Below are positions 26,140-39,940 of a stretch of 64,000 bases of DNA, piece by piece. The DNA comes from Squalus acanthias (lineage: Eukaryota): the NCBI GenBank assembly GCA_030390025.1, contig CM059432.1:21020001-21084000 (forward strand), in the 5' to 3' direction. The notes below the pieces were generated by a model. It worked only from the letters and a program-made list of their open reading frames with translations, searched no databases and was not told where the DNA came from. The position numbers and the translations under genes are program-made. Positions within the stretch are counted from its first letter, which is position 1. Each line of letters starts with the position of its first letter.

Positions 26140-26950
26140 AACTTGAATTTATGCAGAACCTTTAACTTGCTAAAACATCCCAGGGTGTTTTCCAGAGGCG
26201 TAGGCAAAAATAGACACTGAGCCAATGGAGGAAAGATTAGGAAGGGTGACCAAAGGCTTGACCAAAGAGATGGGTCTTAAAGAAGGAAAGGTGGAGGGAT
26301 TTAGGGAGAGAAGTCCAGAATTTGGAACCTCGGTGTCTGAAGGTGTGGAATGATGGTGGCATGGAAGGATGGGGGAATGCGCAAGAGACTAGAGTCAGAG
26401 GAACAGAGATTCTGAGGGAGGGGGGATGAGTCTAGAGATGAGCGAGACAATGGAGGGATTGAAACACAAGGATGAGAATTTTAAGTGCGAGGCCTTGGGA
26501 GTCAAGGAACCAATCTAAGTCAGTGAAGTCAAGGATTTGGTGTGGAATAGGGTATGGGGAATAGAGTTTTGGATAAGCTGAAGTTTATGGAGTGTGCAAA
26601 CTGGGAGGCTGGCCAGATGAACATTGGATTAATCGAGTCTTGAGGTGACAAAGGCATGAATGAGGGTTTCAGTGGTTGATGGGCTGAGGTAGGGGCAGAA
26701 GTGGCCACTGTTGCGGAGGTGGAAGTAGGTGGCCTTTATAATGGGGAATATATCAGCTTAGGTCGAACAATATATTAAAGTTGCAAATAATTTAGTTCAC
26801 CTTGAGATGGTGGCCAGGGAGGGAGAATGCAGTTGATGGCAAAGTCACATAGTTTATAGTGGGGGGCCAGAGACAATTGCTTTGCTCTTCCCAGTGTTTA
26901 GCTGGAGAAATTACAAATGATCTAAGACTGGATGCCAGGCAAGCAGTCTG
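26140..26950 (-). mobile_element. L2-type LINE 3' fragment, old
   Basis: Purine-rich strand pattern; the minus strand encodes a HAFVTSRLD-like motif at about 26630-26660, typical of the L2 ORF2 C-terminus; tail resembles the DeuSINE/L2 tail. Confidence 0.7.
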
Positions 26951-29900
26951 ATATTCATTAATAGGAATATTTTCAAGCTGCAGTTGTTGAATCTCAAGCA
27001 GGAAATGTATGCTCAGATCACAGTCTCAACTTGCCTTGTGGAGTGTGTATGACATTATTAACCTGATTGTGTAGGAGCGGAGCGAAACTCAATTGTGGGC
27101 AGCGATCCCTTTCTGAAGCACACGGGTGTATGCTGGATTGATCAAGCATTAGCATTAAAAACACTTGTGGACATGCCTTTGGTGGGCTGGATTATCCTGC
27201 CCTCACACTCAAGGAGAGTACAGCCGGAAGGGGTAGCATGGAGAATACAGCATAAGGAAAGGGTGAAAAGGAAATAAAGAACTACAAAAAATCTTAATTA
27301 GAAAATAGATAAGAGTATTAGTTATTTTTACTTGGACAAACATAAAACAGTTTTAATTGGAAATTTGATAACAATACTAGTTTTTTACTTAGATTAACAC
27401 AAAAAATAATCACCTTTAAAGGAATGCTTGGAAGAATGATTGCTAGTAATGTAATTCGACTACTAATAGTCTGCCCAATAAAAATCTAAAATAAAAGTTT
27501 TCCTTTAATTTCAAAGTAACATTTTTGCTCCCCTCCGGGGCCTCTATTGTCCATCCAACTGGAGCTTGTAGGCAGGTTTTTGGACTGGCAGGATTGGTTT
27601 TGTGTTTTGCCTGTCACTCAAGCCCATCTAATTTGAGGTGTGAGCAGCTGGCTAAATACTTGTGGGGGTTCAAGAAACTTAGCCTGTGGAGGAGTGAGTG
27701 TACAACATACCCTTCACTGGGGAGGTGAGGAGGCAGGAGGAACACCCCCTCTGCCCCAAATCAAAACATGGCAGTCTTTTAAGTTTCAAATATATCTCTG
27801 GCATAGCAATTGCATATTTTGATAGATTGACGTCCTGTTGGTCTCGACAAGCCAGGGATAGCTCAACGGGTGAAACAGTGGTTAATCAAGTGAGGCCGGG
27901 GTTGGGAGGCTCCAACACAGATTGGTATTGATTTTAATACTCGCACAAAGGTCACAGTTACATTGATCCAGGCAGGAGACATAGGAGTGAGATTATGAGT
28001 ATCAAGGATTAGACCAGAAAGGCAGAAAATTGATTTGGAAATAGGAAAAAAAACTGGCTGCAGGAGCAGTGAGAGTCTGCTGAACCAATATATGTCCTTG
28101 AGCTCCTAAATTGGAGCGATGGTTTCAGTTAGGTATTTTGGGGAAGAGGAGCTGAAACGGAGACAGATTATTGATATAATTATACTGTGGGAAGTGGTGT
28201 GAGCTACAAAACAGTCCTGGCTATGAGTGGCCTATAATTATGTCATAGGCAACCTGCAGTACAACAAACCCTATTGCCCTATTAAATAGCTGTATCTATA
28301 TATGTTGTAGATGAACTTGTTCAAGAATGCATTTTTTATACGGATGTTTTATGAAACACATGACTATTGTTAAATTATACTTATTTGTGATAATTAAAAT
28401 AAATAAAAATACAGAGTATTGTAGGGTCATACAGTAGTATCAGGCGCTCCATAACACTGTGACTATTAATTATGATGTAACTTGTTTTTAAATATTTGTT
28501 ACTTGGGACCATTTAAAATCACAGTGGCTTTCCATTATCCTTACTTCAAAGAAATAGGATGCTATTTGGTCTGTAAATATTTAAATGATGATTTAAATAC
28601 ATAAACATTACAATTGACATATTCGGGAAAAAATGTAACTGGAAATGGTCACCTTTCTATTTTATTACTCAGTCATTCATCTATTAAAAGTGAATTATTA
28701 TTAGTTCTTATTGCTACGGTCAGGACGCTTCATGCTTATTTATTTGGACACTTGGTTTGTCATTACATCCAGTGTGCTGCACACCAAGTGGCCATACTTC
28801 CGAGTGTGAGCCTAGACAGTGAGTGTTGGCAGACTGATCAGTAGTGGGGTTGGGGTGGAGTTGGGGAGGGGCATCACAGCCATACTCTACCTTATCTTCA
28901 CTCCTCACCTATCACACGAACTGCCCCATTTCCTTCAGGGTCATTGAATGGCAGTCAGGAGCGGAAACCCTGATTTCCCATCCCCTAGCCTGAGCCTAGC
29001 GGCCCCTGCACCTGCCTTGGTCAAAGGTCTCGTAACTCAGCACAGCTGCGAGATTGCACCTCGAGTCTCCTAGTCGTTATGGCTTCAAACCAATGCATTT
29101 AGCCACTGAATCATCGCTTCTTACTCCTTTAACAAAATACCCATAATATATTCTAAATAAATATTTTTAATGAAAGGTATGATGTTTCATATCTGTAAAA
29201 GTTCGGAGTACAAAAACTAACTACTTAAACACCTAGGCATTCTTGAGTGTTTCTTTCTACTTCAGTGAATAGTACACTGCCCATTGATTGAAAACCTGAT
29301 CCATGTTCATGAAAGCTGAGGGTCAGTCACCGACCCCTGGATTAAAGCCCTTGACTCTGCATGTTTATTACTTTCAAGATCAGTTTTAGTAGACATTTAT
29401 TCTGTATAATCAGCAAATCAATCACTTATTTGGAAGTCAAATCCATCATGATTGAAACCAATATAGAGTTAGATCAACCCGAGATTAACCAGTTTATTTC
29501 TTTTTAACTGACGTTGAATTAAAGTGAAAAGGTCATTTGTAATCCATTGTTAGGCCTAATATGTCCATTAGAAGCTGCAGATTTTGGAATTATCCTCAAC
29601 CAACCATGTTTGTGATATTCATGGCAGCATAGCTTTCATTGGAGATTGTTTTTACGGGCTTCAGAGGGAGAAAATTACACTCTCTGGTCCAAGTGAATGC
29701 ATCTTGTGATACTGTACTTCAAATACATTGCGAATACCCCTCTTTCTGCCAATTTTCTTCCCCCCCCCCCCCCCCAATCCATCTTCCTTTCCTGTGGAAG
29801 TTGACTTCTTGCTGGAATATGATTGCATGGGCACTGATCACCCTCTGATCCATTGATAAATGAAATGGCCATTTTTCACGGGTGAGCCTGGCGAGTGTCA

Positions 29901-30560
29901 ACAGGCTATTTGACTACAGGGAGAATCACATCTGAGCCTGATCCTGTCCGCACCCAACATTCACATGTGCGTACTTGTAGTAAATTAGGATTGGGAATTC
30001 TGACCAATTTTTTTTTTCTTCTTCTCCCTAACTCAAAGACACTGAGGTCAGTTGTAGCACCTTCGTCGTCACCCCAGCTCAGATCAGACAATACAGCACA
30101 GACACGGGGTCAAACTTGGGGCCTTCCTAAGTTGTATGGTTTATATGGCACTGATTGCCTTGTCCATCTGAGTCATTGGGAGTCAAGTATATTTTTAATT
30201 TCACCCACTTGTGTTGCCATGGCAGAACTTCTACACAGTATTGCACACCATTGAGGTAAAGGACAATGCGTCCAGATTTGTATGAAAGAACTCAGCTGAG
30301 ATGAGGCAAACTGACGCTCTAGGAAAAACCTTCGGTTAAAACTCTGATCCTCCTGGTTAGGAGTCAAATATTTTAGCTACTAGGCCAATACCCGAGAAGC
30401 TCTTGCGCTATCCCCTGGCACACTTTATTGGACTTTACTCTGAAGAGGGTGTACATGGGCAGAATTGTTGAGATATTATGCTAACTATTGGCCACCTGGC
30501 TAGTGATCCTTCATAAGTAATGTCTTGGATTATAACTTTTGTTTCTAATGTACATTGCAG

Positions 30561-30663
30561 GTACATTCGGTCAGAACGGTCGGTAATTTTAATAAACTTC
30601 TGCCTGTCAATCATTTCATCAAATGCTCTCATCCTGATAGGACAAACTCAGACAAGAAATAAG
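30561..30663 (+). CDS. ADGRB1: ADGRB1 coding exon, ICL1-TM2
   Basis: ttgcag|G TAC ATT...; (R)[34 protein letters not shown]; donor GTAAGT at 30664; phase matches the previous exon. Confidence 0.96.
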
Positions 30664-30840
30664 GTAAGTGATTTAGTTTTAACTGAAAACTACATGTGCA
30701 TGTGAGAAGTGGGGATGCATCTAGATGTTTTAACTTGAACACTTTTACTCTATTTAATTTAAAGAGATTCAAGATAAAATGGAAGACCGTTAGGAAACCG
30801 AAATCTGAGCAAATAATTGTGGTTTATTAATAACTGCAGG

Positions 30841-31130
30841 TGTCATCCTTGGCTCAGAAGGTTGTGGGTTCAAGACCCACTCCAGAGACTCAGGCACATA
30901 ATCTAGACTGGCACTTGAGTGCAGTACTGAGGGAGTGCTGCACTGATGGACGTGCTGTCTTTCTGATGAGACGTTAAGCCGAGGCCCTGTCTTCCCTCTC
31001 AGGCGGATGTAAAAGATCCCACGGCACTAGTTGAAGTGACTGCACTTCAAAAAGTAGTTCATTGGCTGTGAAGCACTTTGGGATGTCCTGAGGTCATGAA
31101 AGGCGCTACATAAATGCAAGTTCTTTCTTT
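30841..31130 (+). mobile_element. DeuSINE (SacSINE1-like), internally deleted
   Basis: Head and tail present; central part missing. Confidence 0.85.
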
Positions 31131-31218
31131 AGTTTCCTTTGAAAAGAAAGGCTTGCATTTGCAAAGTGCTTTATCACGACTCAGAAACACTTGACGCATA
31201 CTGAATTACTTGGAAGTA

Positions 31219-31582
31219 CAGGAAACTCTTTATTAACCGGCGCCGACGGGACCGGCGTGGTGCCGGTTAATCAAAAAGTCCGGATAACGGAGAGTTATAT
31301 CTCCCAACGTACGAGAGCCCCGTACACACTGACATGCGCCTGCATTCGGAGCTCCGTCTCCCCGGGGACCGCCAGCTGACCATCTGTCGTGTCCGCTGCC
31401 TACCCGGGCTGCACATTCCCCTCCCAATCTACACGCTCCGATACAAGGCAAACGCCTCGGGGTTTTTTTAAAAGTTATTTTTAAAGGAGAGATGAAGGAA
31501 AACCCCGGTTACCTACTCAAGAATTTTGCCGGTTAAGAGAGATTTCTGGTTATTTGGGTGCCGGTTAAAAGAGAGTTTCCTG
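31219..31582. mobile_element. Tc1/mariner (pogo/Tigger-like) MITE
   Basis: TIR caggaaactct...aaccggc, TA duplication at 31217-18 and 31583-84. Confidence 0.88.
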
Positions 31583-31607
31583 TAGTACAATAACTGTTCT
31601 TATCGTG

Positions 31608-31750
31608 GCACTGTGGGAGTACCCTCATCACACGGGCTGCAGCGGTTCAAGAAGGCGGTTCACCACCACCTTCTCAAGAGCAACTAGGGATGGGCAATAA
31701 ATGCTGGCCTTGCCAGCGACGCCCACATCCCATGAATGAATAAAAAAAAA
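31608..31750 (+). mobile_element. 3' tail fragment of the 40948-44379 LINE family
   Basis: gcagcggttcaagaaggcgg...cccacatcccatgaatgaataaaaaaaaaa matches about 44240-44379. Confidence 0.85.
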
Positions 31751-31839
31751 ATGTGGAACACATTTTTTCATGCAACAAGATTACATAACAGCAATTAAAT
31801 AAATCTTCATTAATCATTTTTTATTAATGTTGCTTGCGG

Positions 31840-32050
31840 GAGGGTGGTTGGAATCTGGAGCTCACTGCCTGAAAGGGTGGTAGAGGCAGGAACCCTCACA
31901 ACATTCAAGAAGCATTTAGATGAGCACTTGAAATGCCATAGCATACAAGGCTACGGACCAAGTGCTGGAAAATGGGATTAGAATAGACAGGGCTTGATGG
32001 CCGGCGCGGACACGAAGGGCCTCTTTCTGTGCTGTATAACTCTATGACTC
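31840..32050 (+). mobile_element. CR1 3' end fragment
   Basis: Matches the end of the 4594-5108 copy. Confidence 0.85.
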
Positions 32051-32788
32051 TATAAGTACCATTGGGCCTTTCACTTCTACCTGAATCAGCAGAACACGGC
32101 TTTAGTTTGATATCTGTTTCAAAGGACAGCGCATTTGACAATATGATACACTGGAGTGTTCTCTTAGTTTATGTGCTCCAGTCCTGGATTACATCTTTCT
32201 TAGTTCAAGCCAGCTGAGCCAGGCTGACACTTTTAATGCCATTGGCTTCCTTTGTTGTGTAATTTAAACTTGATACTGCAAAAATATAGCAAATATATAC
32301 TGTAAGTATTCAGCATTGGCCAAATTCTAAAAAGATAGGTTATCATTTTAGGTAGAGACTCAATAAGAATTGGAAACGATAGGTATGTAAAATCCTTTTT
32401 AGGACTTCCCAAAATAAAGAAGGAGAGAGCAACAAGTAAAGATCCACCAATCAAACATTCAAAATCCAAAAACAAAGAGAATGTTCGGTTTTTATTTCAG
32501 ATTTTCAGTAATTGCAGAATTTTTCTTAGCTACTCATTAAATATTTTTGAACATGTGTAAAGAGATAACCATTTTTAAAAGTTTTCAGTTTGCATGCTAT
32601 AATCCTGAAACAAATATGACAGTAATTCTGGGCATGATAATCTAAATAGATTGCATAATATAACGTAACATAATATGAAACTACTCCAATGTTGCAAACT
32701 TGGTTTTTTACTTCAGTATTAAGCATATGATCAGTAAAAAAAACACAAAAAAATAAATCTGAATCGAAGCACTAAGTTTTAAACATTT

Positions 32789-33440
32789 GGGCCGAGACAT
32801 TGGATTGCTCAGCGCCCGTTTTCCAGGCAAAGAAAGGGGGCTGATGGGTCCGATATCACGTGCCGGGATCTCACACCCGATATACGGCAGTGACATGTCC
32901 ACCAGTATATTAGACTGTGCTGCTTTCCTACATCCCTCCCAGCTGCCTGAAAGCCCTGCTGGCCCAATTTAATTATACAATGAAGGGTCCAGTGTCCGGA
33001 GCCTTCTGCCATGTTGGACATAAACTCGTCGGAGCCTGTGCAGCAGAAGCTCCGACAGTTTTTTTTTCCTGATTCCGCAGTGGCCTAACCAGTGATCCGT
33101 AAAGTGATTGCTGGAAGTTGTGGAAGAAACGCATGGGTAAGTACCACAGTTTCCACCTGATGACTCAAAAGAACCCATGTCGCGTGGGCCCCTCGCCCGT
33201 CAATTTAGGCGCCATGGTTGCTGCCGTTGCTCTGTTTGCACCCGAATACGTGCGCAAACGTAGAAACATAGAAAAATAGGAGCAGGAGTAGGCCATTCGG
33301 CTCTTCGAGCCTGCTCCGCCATTCAATATGATCATGACTGATCCTCTATCTCAATACCATATTCCCGCTCTCTCCCCATACCCCTTGATGCCTTTTGTGT
33401 CTAGAAATCTATCTATCTCCTTCTTAAATATTTCCAGGCC
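32789..33440. mobile_element. Harbinger-type MITE carrying a CR1 tail insertion
   Basis: Ends gggccgagacatt / atttccaggcc; CpG-rich. Confidence 0.55.
33262..33432 (-). mobile_element. CR1 3' tail inserted in a MITE
   Basis: Reverse complement of the CR1 tail at about 2680-2840. Confidence 0.85.
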
Positions 33441-34334
33441 TTGATTTCTGCTTATTCTTCCTTCCCTATTCTTTCATTCTCTCATCTAGCTGTATTATTT
33501 GAACTACTTTTTATTTTTAACTAATGAATATACATCATTTGTTCTATTTTTTTTAAAGTTTTAAATACTTTTGCACCTGCTTTCTTTGGTATCTCTGATC
33601 CCACTGTCCGCCTGGGAGATGGAACTTGGATTGAAAAAATTGGGCTTTGATTGCCCGAAAACCAGCTCTGGCGATCATTTTGTCGACTGATTGAGTGTTG
33701 GAATCTGACAAGTTTTGATGAGCTAAATTGAAATTGCAATTTTCGAGAGTGAAATTGAAATTGAAGTTGTCTCGTCTGCAATACTGGTAACCCAGTCGTG
33801 TTTGGACGAGCTAACTCATACACAGCACAGTAAGGGTTATTATATACTATATGTATATTATATGACTTGTTTGTCAAACACATCCAAGTTATATACAAGG
33901 GGTGATTCTGCACACCCAATGGCATAGATGTGCAACAAGGAACATAGGTTTGTAATCTTATCTCCATCTGCTCTCATGAATGAAGGGTTTCAGCCTCAAA
34001 AAGTCAATAACCTGCCCTCTCTTTGCAAATATTAACTGATCTGCTGTGCATTTCCAGTAGAATGCCTTCAAGCCTGTTTATGCCGTTCCTTGCTACTTAG
34101 TAGCTGATTTCACTCTCGAAGATTGCAATCTCACATTCCGTCTTTCAAATTTCTGCCCTTTTTCCTCTTTCAAAGGTGCCGAGGGTACTGGCAGTCCTCT
34201 AGTACCCAGTCTTCATATATGAGCAAAGATGGTGAATGTTAGCAGATTATTCGGCTGTTGGGAGTATTGCCCTCACCCAATATCTGCGTGCGTGCTTTCC
34301 AGCAGAGGCCCTGTGAATGAAAGAAAGAGAGAGA

Positions 34335-34771
34335 GAACTTGCACTTATAAAGTGCCTTTCACAACCTCAGGATGTCCAAAAGTGCTTTAAGGCCAATGAA
34401 GTACTTTTTGAAGTGCAGTCACTATTGGAATGTAGGGAACCACGGTAACCAATTTGTGCACAGCAAGGTCCCAAACAAACCCATGAAATAAATGACCAAT
34501 TAAAACTGTTTTAGTTGGTTAAATGATAACTGTTGCTCAGAACACCAGGAGAACTTCCCTGCTCCTCTTTGAATACTGCATTGGGATCTTTTACATCCAC
34601 CTGAGAGGGTAGACAGTGCTTCAGTTCAACGTCTCATGCGAAAGGCAGCACCTCCAACAGTGCAGCACTGAAGTGCCAGTCTTGATTATGTGCTTAAGTC
34701 TCTGGAGGTGGGGCTTGAACACATGACCTTTTGACACAGAGGTGAGGGTGCTACTGAGCCAAGGCTGACAC
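34335..34771 (-). mobile_element. DeuSINE (SacSINE1-like)
   Basis: Reverse complement of 51728-52162; inserted in an older SINE. Confidence 0.85.
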
Positions 34772-36562
34772 CTGTGGCCAATTGTAGCACCCACTGCTGT
34801 CCAAGGTGAGATCAACTAACTTAACACAAAATGCAAATTGTACCCGACCTTTACTGGCTTTCATGGCTGAGTATCACTCAGGGGTGCACTTATCTGCTGA
34901 GCTATTGGGGAGAATTTTTAAACCTGAAATTTCAACGTCTATGAAGGGAAGAGTGATAATGTACCTGCAAGGACTGAGTTATTGTAAGATTGGTGTCGAT
35001 GGTAAAATATGGCCACCATATTGAAAGTCCTGGTGGATAAAACTAATTGTAACCATATCCTGATAATCCCAAACCATGACAATCGAGATAACAGATGGGT
35101 TAAGAGGATCAGAGGATATTACATGTGCTTTACTTGGACAGAAAAGCTTTTATTTACCCAAAGAGCACATCTTTGAAATTTTTGATGCAATTTTAAATCT
35201 GGAAATGTCATCCAGGAAAATTCAGGGTCTAGTCAGCAAGCCATGTCCCATTTGCTCCCATTTTACAGAATACTTGCTCCATTTCATGCCACATAATTGT
35301 AAAACCCTGATCCAACTGCTCACTGTTGCCCAAATAATCCAGTTTCCAATGCCTAATGCACTGAATGGAGCCAATCGGCTGCCAATTTCACCTTGAGACA
35401 GCTGTTTTTTTGTGAATGAGTGATTTAAATTGGCTGTGGTACAAAGCCAACTGGCCAGTGTTGTCTGCAATTCAGCGTGCCTCAGCCAAGCGTAATATTT
35501 CTTGGCAAATTGATGATGTGTTTGTCAGGATTCAGCCGTGTAAGCAGACCTTTACCAAGTTCTAATTTTTTTCTAATTTAGTACCGGTAAAATTACTGCT
35601 GATGAATGAAAGTCTGATTTGAAGCACTTGACTTAATGTGTGCAACAGGACTCTCGACTCTGCAACACTCGTCAATTTTGTATTTCACTCCCTCCATTCA
35701 CCCCCTACCCGTCTCATTTTAATTCTCTTGCTAATTTCTGTGTTTCACGCCAGTATTCACATCATTATTCTGGATTTTGTTGTCCAATTTTCCACAGAAA
35801 GGATTTCTTTTAAAGATTGGGTTTTTAAAGAAAGTATTAACACAATCTTAAGACTGTGCATATGCTGATGAAAATTGTTTTCCTGAAAGACTGTAAACAA
35901 TGAGCAATTTGTTCGTCTGTCTCAATAATCAATAAACACCTCACACACATTGTATTTGGAGGCCCCTTGTCCTGGGTGCTGGCCAGAGATTGGCTGGAAT
36001 TGGCTCTCCCCTTTGGTTGTGAACAGGGAGAGATAATAACACAGACATGGGCAGCCAGTCAAGTCCAGCAAAGACCGTGAAGTTAGTCAGACTTAAAACA
36101 GAAAAATGCAAGGGCAAGCTTTGACCAGGCTCGGAAGCAGAATTTAGGTGGGTAGTTTATCAAATTACTTGGTTTGACAAACCACTGATGTGAGGAAGCA
36201 CAGCGTGTTTGTTATTTTGTTTTCTAAGTTAACTTTCCAAAAGATTGAAGAAGCACACTAATATCCAGTTCAGATCACAATGGAATGATATTGTTACACT
36301 CTAAGGTTATGCTTAGATATTGGGAAGTATGGGGGCAACCCTAAATGTAAGGTGCATCAATCACTTATGGGAGTGACCAGCACTGCTGTACCTGAGAGAA
36401 CATTTGAGGCAGCACTTTAAACTTTATACATTCTGTGGCAGAAATAGCAGGCAGGTAACTTGCTCCCAGGGTTTTTGCTGTTGCTGTGCTGTCATCGAGT
36501 GGAAGGAGGTACTCGATTGCAATTCAATCTGTTCGGCAACCTCTGGAAAAATGCCGTTCTTT

Positions 36563-36720
36563 CATAAGAACATAAGACGTAAGACATAGGAGCAGGAGTA
36601 GGTCATTTGGCCCCTCGAGCCTGCTCCGCCATTCAGTAAGATCATGGCTGATCTGATCTTGGCCTCAACTCCACTTCCCCGCCCGCTCCCCATAACCCTT
36701 GACTCCCTTATCGTTCAAAA
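36563..36720 (-). mobile_element. CR1 3' tail
   Basis: cataagaacataag...ggagcaggagtaggtcatttggcccctcgagcc, reverse complement of the CR1 3' UTR. Confidence 0.85.
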
Positions 36721-37659
36721 TAAGTTCTGCTTCTTCCCACCCCGATGATCTGGTGGAAATTGGGAACTGACACTGTGGGGAAATTTGCAGGGAAAGATCT
36801 GCCTCAGTCCTCTGCAGGAGCAGTGCAGTGGTACATCAATACCTAGTGTCAACAGGTTGATTGTTGTGAGATCATTTAAAAAAAAAAAATCACAGGTTGC
36901 CTCACTTCAGAGCAATTCCGTCTGCTGAACCAATTTTAATGAATTAGCATTATTTAAACAAACCCCGAACCTAACAGAAAAGTCAAGCCGGTCAAAGGCA
37001 ATTCAATCTTGTGGTAATTCCCATTTGCAATCAAGGACATTTTATAATCGAGGTTTTTTTGGGATGGCAGGGCTGAAATTCCTGCATTTAAATGATCCAG
37101 TCAGCGAATCTATATTGTAGCTTTGAAACTGTTCAGAGGAATAATGGCGCTGAATGTTTCTGCAGACTTGCATAGCTGCTGCCATTTTCCAGCACCCTCC
37201 GACTCGGCACCTGCTAACTGTAGAGACTGCGGCACACAGTGCGCCATTGAAAGGAATTAACTCTTATTATCACACAGCTGCAAAATGACATTGATCAAAT
37301 GCATGTAGCCCTTGTGCATTGGGCAGATTTGCCGCCGAGGGCTTTGACTTTTTAAAAAAAAACAACCAATTCACTGCATTAGTTGATGTGCTGGCAAAGA
37401 GTGTGACTGAAAACTCTGTTGCGCCGACAAGAGTGGGAAATGTTGAAAGTTAATGTCGATTTAAAACAAAAAAGTGCAAATTGGTTCAGTGTGGCAAACT
37501 GTTTTCTACCTCGCACGAGGTAAGCTGCTTCAGAATACTTTTGGTTCAGTTCTCAGAGATTTGAAGACAGTCAGGTTTCAGAATATCTCTTTAACAGCAA
37601 TTGAATTCGAGTGTTTGACTTATTATCGATATACACCAAAACCAGAAATCACCCTTATA

Positions 37660-38300
37660 ACGCTTTGGCGGGAATTGAATAGCTTTCTGTGCATGGGGAG
37701 TGTTCATAGGGACTTTGTAATGACAAATCCTGTACCATGGGATTTAGCGGGAGTCGTGAACAGATTCTGTACGAGAACTCGGCAAGAGCAGATGCTTCAG
37801 TTCCGGGGTTTAAGTAGGAACAATGCGGTGAGAGATATTCTGTATAAGGGTTTTGTTAGGAATTGAGCAGTGAGCACCTCCTTCTTCATGGAAGGCTTTA
37901 GTGGGAACTAAGCAAAGAGTAGATCTTTCTGTATGTAGGGCTTGAATAGGGGCTGCATAATGATGTCTGTATACGAGGCTTTATTGGCAATTAGCCAGTC
38001 AACAGATATTTCTGCATGGAGGGCTTCGTGGGGACTAAGCAAAGGGCAGATCCTTCTGTCTGGGGTTTTACGCAGGGACTGTACAGTGACAGGATACTCT
38101 GTATAGAGCACTTTAGTGGGAATTTAACTGTCACTAGATCTTTCTGTAAATGGGCTTCAGTGGAGACTAATTGGTCCTTCCGTAGGAGAGGCTTCAGTGG
38201 AGACTGAACAATGAGCCGAACCTTTTATAGGTGTGGCTTTAGTGGGGACTGCACAGTGAGCAGAAGCTTCTGGAGGAGGGGCTTCAATGGGGCAAATCTT
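37660..38300. repeat. Decayed minisatellite, about 40-45 bp period
   Basis: Recurring ggctt(t/c)agtgg(g/a)gact...gagcagat.cttctgta units. Confidence 0.7.
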
Positions 38301-38492
38301 TTTCTGATTTAAAAAAAAAACCTGAATACTGCAGTTTATGAAATAACTAAAACTGCAGCAATCGCACCGCAGATTAATTGGCGTCTGAAAGACAAAGTCA
38401 GGGCTAAGTGTTAACGTCATTGGAACACCGCGATTTTATTGATCCAGTTAAGGAGCTTACTAATCAATGTTTCTTTACTTTCTTTTTGACAG

Positions 38493-38643
38493 GTGATCTG
38501 TACTCTTGTGGCTGCGTTTCTGCATTTCTTCTTCCTGTCGTCATTCTGCTGGGTGCTGACAGAGGCCTGGCAGTCATACATGGCTGTCACAGGAAGATTG
38601 CGAAATCGAATCATTCGGAAACGTTTTCTTTGTCTTGGATGGG
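38493..38643 (+). CDS. ADGRB1: ADGRB1 coding exon, TM3-ICL2
   Basis: tttttgacag|GTG ATC...; [50 protein letters not shown](G); donor GTTAGT at 38644 (phase 1). Confidence 0.96.
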
Positions 38644-38924
38644 GTTAGTAGATAGCATCTTATACGTCCTGTAGCCATGGAAAATATTGCTGATTTAATT
38701 ATCAGTTTGCAACTCCACTTCTATTTTGTCACGGTGGCCCCACCCTTTCCATCCCCTCCTTTCCTGTAAAGCGCCTTGGGACGTTTTACTACTGTTGTTG
38801 GGCAGTAAAGTTAATGTGATCATCTGCACAGGTTCTGTTTAATTCATCAGGAGCCACAGCTTTGAGCAGTGTAGAGTGGATCTTCTCACAGCTGGTATCG
38901 CCTCAGAAGATGTCACAAGCTCCC

Positions 38925-38964
38925 AAGATAACTGTGGATGAGGATAACCATCCACAGTTATCTT
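38925..38964. repeat. Perfect 16-bp inverted repeat with 8-nt loop
   Basis: aagataactgtggatg-aggataac-catccacagttatctt. Confidence 0.93.
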
Positions 38965-39194
38965 ATTTTAGCTTATCTTTCTAAAATAAAACCGACACTC
39001 CTCCATCATTGCACAGTGATTCAAGGCTTCTGTCTCCATCTGCAAAAGCTCATTAGTGTTGGGGAAATAAGAGAGTGAGCATGAGACAGTAGATGTTAGC
39101 TTTTCTGGCTTTGTGCTCCTGCTAGATGTGGGCAAGTTTTGGCACTGAGCATTATTTCTAGATATATTGTCAGGTTGAAAACATCAATTGGTCA

Positions 39195-39940
39195 GTAGAA
39201 TATAAACTGAAGGGTACAATCCTAAAAGGGGTGCAGGAACTGAGTGTCCTGGGGGTTTATGTGCACAAATCGTTGAAGGTGGCAGGGCAGGTTGAAAAAG
39301 CGGTTAAAAAAGCATACGGGATCCTGGGCTTTATAAATAGAGGTATAGAGTACATAAGCAAGGAAGTTATGATGAACCTTTATAAAACACTGGTTCGGCC
39401 TCAACTGGAGTATTGTGTCCAATTCTGGGCACCGTACTTTAGGAAGGATGTGAAGGCCTTAGGGTGCAGAAAAGATTTATGAGAATGGTTCCAGGGATGA
39501 GGGACTTCAGTTGCGTGGATAGACTGGAGAAGCTAGGGTTGTTCTCCTTAGAGCAAAGAAGGTTGAGAGGGGATTTGATAGAGGTGTTCAAAATCATGAG
39601 GGGTCTAGACAGAGTAGATAGAGAGAAACTGTTCCCATTGGTGGAAGGGTCGGGAACCAGAGGACACAGGTTTAAGGTGATTGGCAAAAGAACTAAAGGC
39701 GACATGAGGAAAAACATTTTTACTCAGCGTGTGGTTAGGATCTGGAATGCACGGCCTGAAAGGGTGGTGGAGGCAGACTCAATCATGGCTTTCAAAAGGG
39801 AATTGGATAAGTATCTGAAGGAAAGAAAATAGCAGGGCTACGGGGAAAGAGCGGGGGAGTGGGACTAGCTGAAGTGCTCTTGCTCTGGCTCAACGGGCCG
39901 AATGGCCGCCTCCTGTGCTGTAACCATTCCATGATTCTAA
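39195..39940 (+). mobile_element. CR1 LINE 3' fragment
   Basis: LYKTLVRPQLEYCVQFWAP, FTQRVVRIWN; CR1 tail. Confidence 0.93.
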
